DNA of 64,000 nt from a virus (Duplodnaviria; Heunggongvirae; Uroviricota; Caudoviricetes). The first letter of the stretch is position 1, and each line of letters starts with the position of its first letter. Position numbers and translations under genes: made by a program. The notes beneath the pieces were generated by a model that saw only the letters and a list, made by a program, of their open reading frames with translations, made no database searches and was not told the DNA's origin. Below, in pieces: positions 29,591 through 38,205 of this stretch. The stretch lies in the IMG/VR virus record IMGVR_UViG_3300027747_001395. One strand, 5' to 3'.

Positions 29591-29741
29591 GCCTATTACT
29601 GCGGCGGACTTCCGAGAATGGGTGAAGTCCGCCGATGCTGAAAGTCTTGAGGTGTTTATTGATGAAACACTAAATGTTATTCTTGATCTCGAGTCTGACG
29701 ATTTCTTTGGTACTGAAGGTCTCAATAAGCGATTTGCTTGA
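29583..29741 (+). CDS. Small hypothetical protein (52 aa)
   Basis: ATG overlapping the upstream stop. Confidence 0.4.
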   Translation: MRKPITAADFREWVKSADAESLEVFIDETLNVILDLESDDFFGTEGLNKRFA

Positions 29742-29755
29742 AAAGGAATTTTAAA

Positions 29756-30403
29756 ATGGATTATGTGACAAATCTTAATAGCGGTATTGTTGTAGAGCGT
29801 ACTGCATTTGAAAATCTCAAGAACGAAGATCTTGGTGCAGGTCTTGCAAAGATCTACTCCGAAAATAAGCCTGTTGTTATTGTTCGTAGTGCTCAAGCTT
29901 TCTTTAATCGTGAAAATCTTATCAAGGTAATTGACTCAAACGATCAGACTGCTCTTCCTATTATTCTTGAAAAGCTTGGGATTGAGTTTACGGACGAGTT
30001 CAAGGTAGTTATTACCTCCTTTGCTCGAGTCAAGGCTCAGATTCTTGAATCGTTTCAACTATCTCCTACATCTAATGTTTATACTTTTGCAGATGTGCCC
30101 AAGAATTGGTCTATTGATCAGTTGAAGATTACTGACCGTAATATCTACCGAAAGAATAATACCAATTATTCCATTGGACATAAGACACTTGAACGAATCT
30201 GGAAGTATGCGTCCAATATTTGGATTGGAAATACTGGAGGCCCTGAATTTACAGTTTCTGCTGCTGGGTATAGCTCGCGAAATGTATCAGTTCAGGGTGA
30301 TACAGTAAACGTAGGTTGTCAGTCTATCCAGCGCTTCGAACTTGAAGCTGTTGCCCAAAAGCTTGATTGGGAATTTCCAGTCAAGGTCTACCCTTATGCC
30401 TAA
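29756..30403 (+). CDS. Hypothetical protein
   Basis: RBS aaaaggaattttaaaATG. 215 aa. Confidence 0.5.
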   Translation: MDYVTNLNSGIVVERTAFENLKNEDLGAGLAKIYSENKPVVIVRSAQAFFNRENLIKVIDSNDQTALPIILEKLGIEFTDEFKVVITSFARVKAQILESFQLSPTSNVYTFADVPKNWSIDQLKITDRNIYRKNNTNYSIGHKTLERIWKYASNIWIGNTGGPEFTVSAAGYSSRNVSVQGDTVNVGCQSIQRFELEAVAQKLDWEFPVKVYPYA

Positions 30404-30572
30404 TGATGAGATTGATACAATCATTGAGAATGGTGTTGCAGAGATCTATCGTGGTTTCTATCGACTTCGTGTCTCAGAACAGTACCAGCGTGAATATGAC
30501 GAGATGGGTGCTTTGCTGAATATGCTCATGAAAGATCGAGACTATCTCCGTAAGAATAAAGGAGTTGTTTAA
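30396..30572 (+). CDS. Small hypothetical protein
   Basis: ATG overlapping the upstream end. 58 aa. Confidence 0.4.
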   Translation: MPNDEIDTIIENGVAEIYRGFYRLRVSEQYQREYDEMGALLNMLMKDRDYLRKNKGVV

Positions 30573-30835
30573 TGCTTGATTTTATTTGGACTATAGGTTT
30601 TATTGGTATTATCGGATACCGTATTTTTAATGCAGGTATGAATACCAAGGCTCTATTCTATGTAACTCGTGAACCTTATGGTAGGAAACCATACACCGAG
30701 ATGGTAGTTGATAAGGTTCTTGCTTATATTGCATGGACTTGTGCTGCTGCTCTTTTCTGGATGCTTGCAATTCCTGTCTATGGGCTTTTTCTTCTCGGCA
30801 AGAAGTACGGCAAGAAGTACAGCAAGGAAGCCTAA
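30572..30835 (+). CDS. Membrane protein (2-3 TM)
   Basis: Hydrophobic segments. 87 aa. Confidence 0.45.
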   Translation: MLDFIWTIGFIGIIGYRIFNAGMNTKALFYVTREPYGRKPYTEMVVDKVLAYIAWTCAAALFWMLAIPVYGLFLLGKKYGKKYSKEA

Positions 30836-30843
30836 GTTTTCCG

Positions 30844-30888
30844 TTGACATTTTTCTCATAGTATGTTAGATATAATCTATAAGGAGAT
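30844..30888 (+). promoter_or_regulatory. Promoter-family repeat (variant)
   Basis: TTGACAtttttctcatagtatgTTAGATAtaatctataaggag. Confidence 0.5.
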
Positions 30889-30892
30889 TAAT

Positions 30893-31372
30893 ATGATTGA
30901 ATATACTGTTAATGTTTATGCCAATGGCAACAAGTTCTGGTACTTGAACGACAAATTTCATCGTGAAGATGGACCTGCTATTGAATTTGCTAATGGTACC
31001 AAGTACTGGTACTTGAACGACGAACTCCACCGTGAAGATGGACCTGCTATTGAATTTGCTAATGGTACCAAGTGCTGGTACTTGAATGCTAAGTTACTGT
31101 CTGAAGAAGAGTTTAATCGCCGCATGAATTCTCCTACATCCAAATTTAAGATTGGTGATAAGGTAACCGCACCAGCTTATCTTGGCGAGTGGACTAATTG
31201 TACCGTGATTGATATTAACTTTTGTGACGAATGGCCTATACAGTGTGTGCGCCCAGATGGCATGACTGGCGTCTTTCGTGAAAATGAACTTGAGTTTATG
31301 CCTGAACCGAAGGAACTTACTGTCAAGGAAATTTCTGAACTTCTTGGTTATGAAGTAAAGGTGGTTCAATGA
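30893..31372 (+). CDS. MORN-repeat-variant protein
   Basis: Tandem repeats KFWYLNDKFHREDGPAIEFANGTKYWYLNDELHREDGPAIEFANGTKCWYLN (MORN_2-like). Confidence 0.55.
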   Translation: MIEYTVNVYANGNKFWYLNDKFHREDGPAIEFANGTKYWYLNDELHREDGPAIEFANGTKCWYLNAKLLSEEEFNRRMNSPTSKFKIGDKVTAPAYLGEWTNCTVIDINFCDEWPIQCVRPDGMTGVFRENELEFMPEPKELTVKEISELLGYEVKVVQ

Positions 31373-31566
31373 GATTGATTTTCTTTAGTTGTGCTGTATT
31401 TCTACTTATTACAATTCCTGTTCTAGGTAGAAATGTAATTGCTTTTCTTATAAACTCACATACAGATATAGGTCTTTTTGCTCTACTTCTTGTTATCTGT
31501 TTGTTTATTGGTTCAATTATTACTGTCGTTACTACTATTATAGATGTTCTAAGTGAAAAGAACTAA
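31369..31566 (+). CDS. Small membrane protein
   Basis: Two hydrophobic helices. Confidence 0.4.
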   Translation: MRLIFFSCAVFLLITIPVLGRNVIAFLINSHTDIGLFALLLVICLFIGSIITVVTTIIDVLSEKN

Positions 31567-31597
31567 GTGTGTTAACTTTTAAAATGAAGGACTTAAA

Positions 31598-32422
31598 ATG
31601 AAGATTAAACTATTTGCTCTTATTGCTACTTCTGCTCTTGCTCTTGGCGCTTGTTCACAGGTTGAACCAGGTCATGTTGGTATTCGTGTTGATCAATATG
31701 GATCTGGTGCTGGAGTCTCCAAGGACTCACTACCTGTCGGTACTTACTTTACTGGCGTTGGTACTACAATCTATGAATATCCTGTCTTTACTAAGACTTA
31801 TACCTGGACAATTAACAAGACTGAAGATTCTGTTGTTAATGAAGAATTCTCATTTGCTGATAAGAGCGGTTTAACTCTTACTGGTGACGTATCTGTAAGC
31901 TATCACGTGGATGCTACCAAGGCTCCAATTCTGTTTCAAAAGTATCGTATGGACATGGATGCAATTGTCTCGGGACCACTTCGAGTAGCCATCCGCGGTG
32001 CAATTAACAACGAAGCTTCCAAGATGACTGTTGAGGAAATCTACGGTTCACGTAAGGCCGAATTGATTGCTCTAGCTCAGGCTGATGTTCGGAAGTTCTT
32101 CAGTCCATTTGGTCTTGAGGTAGAACGAGTTGAATGGGCTTCACCAGTTCGAGTTCCAGAAACAGTTATGCGTCAGATCAATGCCAAGATTGCTAACGAG
32201 CAACAAGCTCTAGCAGCTCAGGCTAACGTAGCTACCGCTGAAGCTGATGCCCGCGCAAAGGTTGCTAAGGCTGAAGGTGATGCTAAGGCAACTCAGATTG
32301 AAGCTGAGGCTCTAAGATCTAACCCTAAGATTCTTGAGCAGAAGGCAATTGATAAGTGGGATGGACACTTTCCAACTTATATGGGTGGTAATGCACCACT
32401 TCCTTTTCTTAAAGTCGATTAA
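31598..32422 (+). CDS. SPFH/band-7 (prohibitin/HflK-like) lipoprotein
   Basis: Signal peptide plus lipobox LALGAC. SPFH-like core and a C-terminal Ala/Glu-rich coiled coil. Confidence 0.6.
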   Translation: MKIKLFALIATSALALGACSQVEPGHVGIRVDQYGSGAGVSKDSLPVGTYFTGVGTTIYEYPVFTKTYTWTINKTEDSVVNEEFSFADKSGLTLTGDVSVSYHVDATKAPILFQKYRMDMDAIVSGPLRVAIRGAINNEASKMTVEEIYGSRKAELIALAQADVRKFFSPFGLEVERVEWASPVRVPETVMRQINAKIANEQQALAAQANVATAEADARAKVAKAEGDAKATQIEAEALRSNPKILEQKAIDKWDGHFPTYMGGNAPLPFLKVD

Positions 32423-32619
32423 AGCTTAAAGATTGAACCATCTTCTCCGAGGATGACTAATGCGCCCTTGCCTTTGTTTCCGTAAATACAGGATGCTAAG
32501 GCAAGGGCTTCTTTTTCACTTCTGGTATCAAATGTTGTAAAAAAGACACTTTGATTCTGATGCAAGCATGGGATTGCATAAAGGGATTTGGTCTCACTTG
32601 GTTCAATTTTCTTAGACAT
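32419..32619 (-). CDS. Hypothetical protein (lone minus-strand gene)
   Basis: Strong minus-strand RBS aggagatttttATG. Convergent 4-nt overlap with the SPFH gene. Confidence 0.5.
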   Translation of the reverse strand: MSKKIEPSETKSLYAIPCLHQNQSVFFTTFDTRSEKEALALASCIYGNKGKGALVILGEDGSIFKL

Positions 32620-32657
32620 AAAAATCTCCTATTTTGTTTTATTTATGCAAAATTCAG

Positions 32658-32735
32658 TTGACATTTTATCAAAAGTGGAATATATATAAACTATGAAGGG
32701 ATAGACCCTTCAATTTTTACTCAAAGGAGTTTTGA
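32658..32735 (+). promoter_or_regulatory. Promoter-family repeat plus leader with GGGATAGACCC hairpin
   Basis: TTGACAttttatcaaaagtggaaTATATAtaaactatgaaGGGATAGACCCttc. Confidence 0.5.
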
Positions 32736-32738
32736 GAA

Positions 32739-33833
32739 ATGACTGACACTAAAGAATTTGATCTACTAGTTTTCATTGGAAGATTCCAACCTTTCCATCT
32801 TGAACATCAGCGTGTCATTGCCACTGCTCTTGAAAAGGCCAAGAATGTTCTTGTGCTTGTGGGCAGTGCCGGCAAGGCTCGAACTGTTCGCAATCCTTTC
32901 ACCTTTGAAGAACGGAAGGATATGATCAATGGCTCATTCGACTGTAACGGTGGGCGGCAATGTCGTATTATCATCAAACCAATCTACGATAAGACCTATA
33001 ACGATGCTGCCTGGATTAAACAGGTTCAAGACGTCGTTAAAGATGCTGCGCTTGATATTCTCAATGATGGTGGTTTCCGGTCTGTCGGTCTAAGCGATGC
33101 TAAGGTGGGTCTGATTGGTGCCTCGAAGGATAATACATCCTACTACTTGAAGTTGTTCCCTCAGTGGTCCTCGGTTAATGTTCCAATCGAACGTGAAATG
33201 CATGCTACGGTTATTCGCGAGCACTTCATTGATGGCACATTTGAGCGACATCTGATGGATAACGTTCTAGTTCCACGAAGTGTGGCTAAGTTTCTCTTCG
33301 AAGACTTTATCCATACTGATTCTTATGCTCAACTTCGCCGAGAGTTAGAACATGTCCGCAAGTACAAGAAGGCCTGGGAAGCGGCACCATATCCTGTTAA
33401 ACATGTCACAGTTGATGCTGTGGTTGAACAGAGTGGACACATTCTACTTGTAAAGCGAAAAGCAGAACCAGGCAAGGGTCTCTGGGCAATTCCTGGCGGG
33501 CATCTTGAGATGGATGAAACCGTCTTGAATGGCATCATCCGTGAACTAAAGGAAGAAACTGGAATCAAGGTTCCTACAGCTGTCTTGCTTGGCTCGATTG
33601 TAGCTCAAAACGTCTTTGATGATCCACATCGTTCGACTATCGGCCGTGTGATTACGCATGCTGCTCACATTCATCTGTCAAGTGAAACAAAGCTACCCAA
33701 GCTAAAAATTCCCAAAGGTGAGCACGGCGAAGACGAAGTTGACAAGGTCAAATGGGTTCCTATTAGTGACCTCCGTGAAGATCAAATGTTTGATGATCAC
33801 TTTCACATCATCAACTATTTTCTGGGAGTTTAA
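32739..33833 (+). CDS. natV: Bifunctional NMN adenylyltransferase / Nudix ADP-ribose pyrophosphatase (KVP40 NatV-like)
   Basis: NMNAT motif LVFIGRFQPFHLEHQ. Nudix box GGHLEMDETVLNGIIRELKEETGI. Confidence 0.8.
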   Translation: MTDTKEFDLLVFIGRFQPFHLEHQRVIATALEKAKNVLVLVGSAGKARTVRNPFTFEERKDMINGSFDCNGGRQCRIIIKPIYDKTYNDAAWIKQVQDVVKDAALDILNDGGFRSVGLSDAKVGLIGASKDNTSYYLKLFPQWSSVNVPIEREMHATVIREHFIDGTFERHLMDNVLVPRSVAKFLFEDFIHTDSYAQLRRELEHVRKYKKAWEAAPYPVKHVTVDAVVEQSGHILLVKRKAEPGKGLWAIPGGHLEMDETVLNGIIRELKEETGIKVPTAVLLGSIVAQNVFDDPHRSTIGRVITHAAHIHLSSETKLPKLKIPKGEHGEDEVDKVKWVPISDLREDQMFDDHFHIINYFLGV

Positions 33834-33835
33834 TC

Positions 33836-34099
33836 ATGGCTACTATTATTGAATACTTTGAGGTTTTAGATGATGATGGATATAACCGTGATGGTCCATC
33901 ATCATCTGCTAGATTTCTGTCACTTATTGCTGCTGAGAAATATGCAGCACTTAATCGAAATAGATATGTGAATAAAACAAAGAAGAAGATTATCATTTAT
34001 GATAGTGCTGAGGAAGTAGATCTACATAAGAGAGAAGATCTTAAACAATCTGCAATTAGTAAACTCACTACAGATGAACGCGTAGCTCTAGGAGTCTAA
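33836..34099 (+). CDS. Hypothetical protein
   Basis: ORF of 87 aa. Confidence 0.45.
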   Translation: MATIIEYFEVLDDDGYNRDGPSSSARFLSLIAAEKYAALNRNRYVNKTKKKIIIYDSAEEVDLHKREDLKQSAISKLTTDERVALGV

Positions 34100-34401
34100 T
34101 GATGAAACCTATTAAACCAAGTGATATAGCCACAGCTAAACAAACTGCAATTCCTGAAGTTGTTATCGAAGTAATTAATAATTTGCTTGCTCTTAAGTTT
34201 TCAAATGGTAGAGCAACAATTTATCAAAAGGATATCGTAAATTCGCTTCTTAAAAATGGCGATATATCAAAAGATGAAATCTTTAATTTAGGTTATCTCA
34301 ATTTTGAAGAGATCTATCGAGAACAAGGTTGGAAAGTAACTTACGATAAGCCTGGCTATGGAGAAAGTTATGATGCATTCTTCGAATTTAAGGTGAAATA
34401 A
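34099..34401 (+). CDS. Hypothetical protein
   Basis: ORF of 100 aa. Confidence 0.45.
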   Translation: MMKPIKPSDIATAKQTAIPEVVIEVINNLLALKFSNGRATIYQKDIVNSLLKNGDISKDEIFNLGYLNFEEIYREQGWKVTYDKPGYGESYDAFFEFKVK

Positions 34402-34403
34402 GA

Positions 34404-34574
34404 TGCGATATGAACTACGAAGATGGACTGATAGTTCAAAGACTGATTATGTAATCAGACAGCTATCAGACGATAGAAATGCTATTGAAGCTCAACTCGA
34501 ACGAGTGCTTAATGCAAGCACAGAACCAAATCTTAACTATATTGTAGATACAGTAGGTGAATATGATGACTGAG
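34404..34574 (+). CDS. Small hypothetical protein (56 aa)
   Basis: RBS aaggtgaaataagATG. Confidence 0.4.
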
Positions 34575-34731
34575 ACTAAACCAAAACGAAATACTTGTTA
34601 TACTATTACTGCTCAAACTCCATTACTTCGACCAGGCCTGAGTATTCAAGTAAATACAAGTGAACGATATGCTGCTGAAGCAGTAGATCTTCTTATGGAA
34701 GTCGTCAGACAAGTTAATAATAAGGACTGAG
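34564..34731 (+). CDS. Small hypothetical protein (55 aa)
   Basis: RBS gtaggtgaatATG. Confidence 0.4.
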
Positions 34732-34734
34732 AAT

Positions 34735-35037
34735 ATGACGATTAAACCTTACTCCATCGGCTCTTCTGAGTGGAATGGTCTTTCAAAAGTAATTGAAGAG
34801 CTAGGTGAGCTTCAGCAAGTCTGCGGTAAGACTATTGGTTCTGGTGGTGATCAAAATCATTGGTCTGGTAATCTTGTTGAGAAGTTTATTGAAGAGATTG
34901 GTGATAGCTATGCAGCACTTGATTTCTTTGTTGACCAGAACTTTAGTAGAGAAGATCAAGCTAGGATCTATAAACAAGCTCATATGAAGTACGAACGATT
35001 CAGACAATGGGATAAAGAAACTAAACAAAACGATTGA
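34735..35037 (+). CDS. MazG-like nucleotide pyrophosphohydrolase
   Basis: EELGELQQVCGK and FIEEIGDSYAAL (EExGE/D metal-binding pairs). Confidence 0.55.
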   Translation: MTIKPYSIGSSEWNGLSKVIEELGELQQVCGKTIGSGGDQNHWSGNLVEKFIEEIGDSYAALDFFVDQNFSREDQARIYKQAHMKYERFRQWDKETKQND

Positions 35038-35060
35038 CATTATCTAGAATTGGTGTATAA
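35024..35060 (+). promoter_or_regulatory. sigma70 promoter (canonical TTGACA-N16-TATAAT)
   Basis: TTGACAttatctagaattggtgTATAATag. Confidence 0.6.
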
Positions 35061-35096
35061 TAGTTATATAGAGATAATGTATTAGGGGTTTGATTT

Positions 35097-35579
35097 ATGT
35101 TACTACATGCTAAAGGTAATCTTATTGATATGGCCGAACAAGGTCTATTCGATGTAATCGTCCACGGATGCAACTGTCAGAATACTATGGGATCTGGTAT
35201 TGCTAAAGAGATTCGTGCTCGATATCCTCAAGCTTATGAAGCCGACTCTGCAATGATCTATACCTATCAGAAGCCCGTATTGAAGCTCGGCAACTTTAGT
35301 GTGGCTGCAGACAATCAAATCGATCCCAAGTTTGAGATCGTAAATGCCTACACTCAGCTTCATTATCTGCCTCGCAGTATAGATCACTTTGACTATGAAT
35401 CGTTCAAATTGATTCTCAGAAAGCTTGAAGTTATTGCACCAGATGCTCGTTTTGGTTTCCCATACATCGGGATGGGCCTTGCTGGTGGCAATTCCAAGCG
35501 TATCTTAGCATTACTAGAAAAATTTGCAGTGGATATTACCGCAACTGGTGGTTCTGCTACACTTGTGGAATTTGGATAA
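35097..35579 (+). CDS. Macro domain protein (ADP-ribose / O-acetyl-ADP-ribose processing)
   Basis: DVIVHGCNCQNTMGSGIAKEI matches the macro-domain ADP-ribose binding loop. Confidence 0.7.
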   Translation: MLLHAKGNLIDMAEQGLFDVIVHGCNCQNTMGSGIAKEIRARYPQAYEADSAMIYTYQKPVLKLGNFSVAADNQIDPKFEIVNAYTQLHYLPRSIDHFDYESFKLILRKLEVIAPDARFGFPYIGMGLAGGNSKRILALLEKFAVDITATGGSATLVEFG

Positions 35580-35584
35580 AAAGG

Positions 35585-35779
35585 ATGCCTTACATGAAAA
35601 TTGTTGTAAATGAAGAAGATATGAAGCCAGACGTTAAAAATAGATGGTTTGATGCCAGGATAAGTGGTGACAATCTTAAAGTTGAAGATTTTTATCTTGG
35701 TGCACATATGCTTAATACAGCTCAAGTTATTGTCTTTGAATCTGCTTATATTTCAGTTAAAAAGATTCTAAAAAAGTAA
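35585..35779 (+). CDS. Hypothetical small protein
   Basis: ORF of 64 aa. Confidence 0.4.
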   Translation: MPYMKIVVNEEDMKPDVKNRWFDARISGDNLKVEDFYLGAHMLNTAQVIVFESAYISVKKILKK

Positions 35780-35788
35780 AAATACCAG

Positions 35789-35870
35789 TTGACATTTTTA
35801 TGAGAATGGTATAGACTAAACATAATGGCAACGGGATAGACCCAAAGCCCAAACGATAGAGGAGTTCTAT
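35789..35870 (+). promoter_or_regulatory. Promoter-family repeat plus leader with GGGATAGACCC
   Basis: TTGACAtttttatgagaatggTATAGACTaaacataatggcaacGGGATAGACCCaaagcc. Confidence 0.5.
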
Positions 35871-35871
35871 T

Positions 35872-37242
35872 ATGAAAAACATTATTTTAAACGCAGACTC
35901 GTACAAGTACAGTCAGTTCAATCAATACCCCGAAGGTACAGAGTACATCTACTCTTACATCGAAAGCCGTGGCGGCAAGTATGATGAAACAGTCTTCTTT
36001 GGTCTTCAGGCTTTCATCAAGGAATACTTGACTGATCCAATTACCATGGACATGATTGATGAAGCTGAGGCTATTATCACAGCTCATGGTGAACCTTTCA
36101 ACCGTGCGGGATGGGAACATATTCTCAATGCACATGACGGCTACCTGCCTGTTACTATCAAGGCAGTTCCTGAAGGTACGGTTGTTCCTGTCAAGAACAT
36201 TCTTGCTTCGATTGTCAACATGGACCCAGAATGCTACTGGTTGACTTCGTTTCTTGAGACTGCATTGCTTCGAGCAATTTGGTATCCTACAACTGTGGCT
36301 ACTAACAGCCGTGAAATTAAGAAGGTGATCCTTGATGCACTTGAACGAACAGGCACTCCAGCTGACATTAATTTTAAGCTTCATGACTTCGGTGCTCGTG
36401 GGGTCAGTAGTCTTGAGTCTGCCGGGATCGGCGGCGCAGCACATCTTGTCAACTTCATGGGTACGGATACTGTTGAAGCTTTACTTTTTGCTCGCAGGTA
36501 TTACAGTGCTGACATGGCTGGTTTTAGCGTTCCTGCAATGGAGCACTCAACTGTAACAAGCTGGGGTCGAGAAGGTGAGGTTGCTTCTTACCGGAACATG
36601 GTTAAGAAGAATGGTAAGCCTGGTGGTATTGTTTCGGCCGTCTCTGACAGCTATGATATCTACGAAGCTTGCCGTCTCTGGGGTACAGAACTCAAGCAGG
36701 ACATTATCGACTCGGGTGCTAAGCTTGTAGTTCGTCCTGACTCGGGTGATCCAGCTGAGGTTGTAACTAAGTGTCTTCGAATTCTTGATCAGTACTTTGG
36801 TAGTACAATTAATGAGAAGGGCTACAAGGTTCTTAACAACGTTGGTGTTCTTCAGGGTGATGGTATTACGATTGATTCGATTAAAGACATCTTGCGATGG
36901 TCTGAAGCTGCTGGTTTCAGTGCTGACAATCTTGTCTTTGGTCAGGGTGGTGCTCTTCTTCAGATCGTAAACCGAGATGACCAGAAGTTTGCCATGAAGA
37001 CTAGCGCTGCTTTCATCAAGGATAAGGGCTGGGTTGACGTGTTCAAAGATCCAATTACCGATCCTGGTAAGAAGTCTAAGAAGGGTATGCTGAAGCTTAT
37101 CCGTACTGAAAGTGGTGAATACAATACTACTCGAGATACGGCAGCAATGTCTTATCCTGATGTTCTTGAAGTTGTATTCTCGATGGGCAAGCTTATTCGT
37201 GATCAAAACTTTGCAGATATCCGTGCTAGGGCAGAAATTTAA
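35872..37242 (+). CDS. nadV: Nicotinamide phosphoribosyltransferase (NAMPT / NadV)
   Basis: 456 aa. N-terminal ILNADSYKYSQF and overall NAMPT-family architecture. Confidence 0.85.
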   Translation: MKNIILNADSYKYSQFNQYPEGTEYIYSYIESRGGKYDETVFFGLQAFIKEYLTDPITMDMIDEAEAIITAHGEPFNRAGWEHILNAHDGYLPVTIKAVPEGTVVPVKNILASIVNMDPECYWLTSFLETALLRAIWYPTTVATNSREIKKVILDALERTGTPADINFKLHDFGARGVSSLESAGIGGAAHLVNFMGTDTVEALLFARRYYSADMAGFSVPAMEHSTVTSWGREGEVASYRNMVKKNGKPGGIVSAVSDSYDIYEACRLWGTELKQDIIDSGAKLVVRPDSGDPAEVVTKCLRILDQYFGSTINEKGYKVLNNVGVLQGDGITIDSIKDILRWSEAAGFSADNLVFGQGGALLQIVNRDDQKFAMKTSAAFIKDKGWVDVFKDPITDPGKKSKKGMLKLIRTESGEYNTTRDTAAMSYPDVLEVVFSMGKLIRDQNFADIRARAEI

Positions 37243-37309
37243 AAATAATTTTGTGAAACTTTGTTACGGCACGGATTTCTTGTATATATAATTTACTTGA
37301 AGAAATCGT

Positions 37310-37350
37310 TTGACATTTTATGCGAAATGGTTTAGTCTAAGAATATACGG
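37310..37350 (+). promoter_or_regulatory. Promoter-family repeat (no downstream CDS, first of tandem pair)
   Basis: TTGACAttttatgcgaaatgGTTTAGTCTaag. Confidence 0.5.
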
Positions 37351-37394
37351 AATGCAGATTCTCCTCCGGGACGAAAAACTTTCCAAATTTAGTC

Positions 37395-37440
37395 GTTGAC
37401 ATTTTATATGAAATGGTATAGACTAAGAATATAGGGAATG
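37395..37440 (+). promoter_or_regulatory. Promoter-family repeat (second of tandem pair, leads into tRNA island)
   Basis: TTGACAttttatatgaaatgGTATAGACTaagaatataggg. Confidence 0.5.
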
Positions 37441-37731
37441 GAAACAAACCCTGTCTTTGACATTGTTGGGAAAAGAAAAATAACTTGGAGGTTATTAAGT
37501 GAGCCGGAGACGGCAAGACCGCAAGTCTAAAGCTTAATAACCTCTCAGTTAAGACTTATTAGATGAGTTCAGATAGGATGGGAAATGTGTCCCGATCTGC
37601 TGTAATTAGTTCTCTCACAAGGGATCTGAATTCTTCTAATAAGTTTTATCTGGTAGAGATAGCAAGGGCTAAACGTGGCTTTGGAAGCTTCGGATCGCAG
37701 GGGCGGTACCTGCCTACCAGACCAGTTTCAT

Positions 37732-37806
37732 GGCCCAGAACGCTAACGGCGGGCGGACTGATTTTCAATCAGTTGTAAGCGGGTTCAACTCCCGTCTGGG
37801 CTACCA
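37732..37806 (+). tRNA. tRNA-Glu (anticodon TTC)
   Basis: Acceptor ggcccag/ctgggct with CCA encoded. Anticodon stem actga/tcagt, loop ttTTCaa. T-arm gcggg-ttcaact-cccgt. Confidence 0.5.
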
Positions 37807-37811
37807 GTTAT

Positions 37812-37891
37812 GTATAGTAAAATCCTCTGTTGTGGGTTGACGCACTGTTCAAAGTCGTTTTAGGTTGGTTCAATTCCAGTACTATACACCA
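37812..37891 (+). tRNA. tRNA-like element (anticodon arm not resolvable)
   Basis: Acceptor gtatagt/actatac plus CCA and T-arm ttcaatt. The body is irregular. Confidence 0.3.
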
Positions 37892-37897
37892 ATTCAT

Positions 37898-37971
37898 GTG
37901 CGTGTCGTCTAACGGTAAGGCGCTCCCCTGATTAGGGAGTTATCGGAGTTCAAATCTTCGCATGCACACCA
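37898..37971 (+). tRNA. tRNA (anticodon GAT, Ile-like, unusual U37)
   Basis: Acceptor gtgcgtg/catgcac plus CCA. D-stem gtct/aggc. Anticodon stem ctccc/gggag, loop ctGATta. T-loop ttcaaat. Confidence 0.45.
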
Positions 37972-38078
37972 GAAATTCGTAGTAGACGGTCAGTACTGTG
38001 GAATATGCCAAAGAATGCAATGATCGGCATCACACAGTCAACATGGCTTGCATTTCATCTACTACGAACATAATATGC

Positions 38079-38160
38079 CCCGTTAGTCGGTTCGGTCTTC
38101 TAAGCCGCTATCCGTAACTGGATCTGAAAATACTGGTTCGAGTCCAGTACGGGGTACCAA
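38079..38160 (+). tRNA. Long tRNA-like element (type-II-like length, arms unresolved)
   Basis: Acceptor gccccgt/acggggt plus CCA. T-arm actgg-ttcgagt-ccagt. Confidence 0.3.
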
Positions 38161-38169
38161 AATTTAGTT

Positions 38170-38205
38170 GTTTACATTTATTCGGTTTTGGTATAGAGTT
38201 GAAAA
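38170..38205 (+). promoter_or_regulatory. Promoter-family repeat (variant TTTACA)
   Basis: TTTACAtttattcggttttgGTATAGAGTtg. Confidence 0.45.

Noticed and set aside
29141-29896. Minus-strand 251-aa ORF
   Set aside because: It is antisense to the DUF932 gene and downstream genes. It has no promoter or RBS.
35887-37206. Minus-strand ORFs of 185 and 219 aa
   Set aside because: They are antisense to nadV, whose NAMPT similarity spans its full length.
37563-37778. 71-aa ORF
   Set aside because: It overlaps tRNA-Glu. It sits in the tRNA leader with no RBS.
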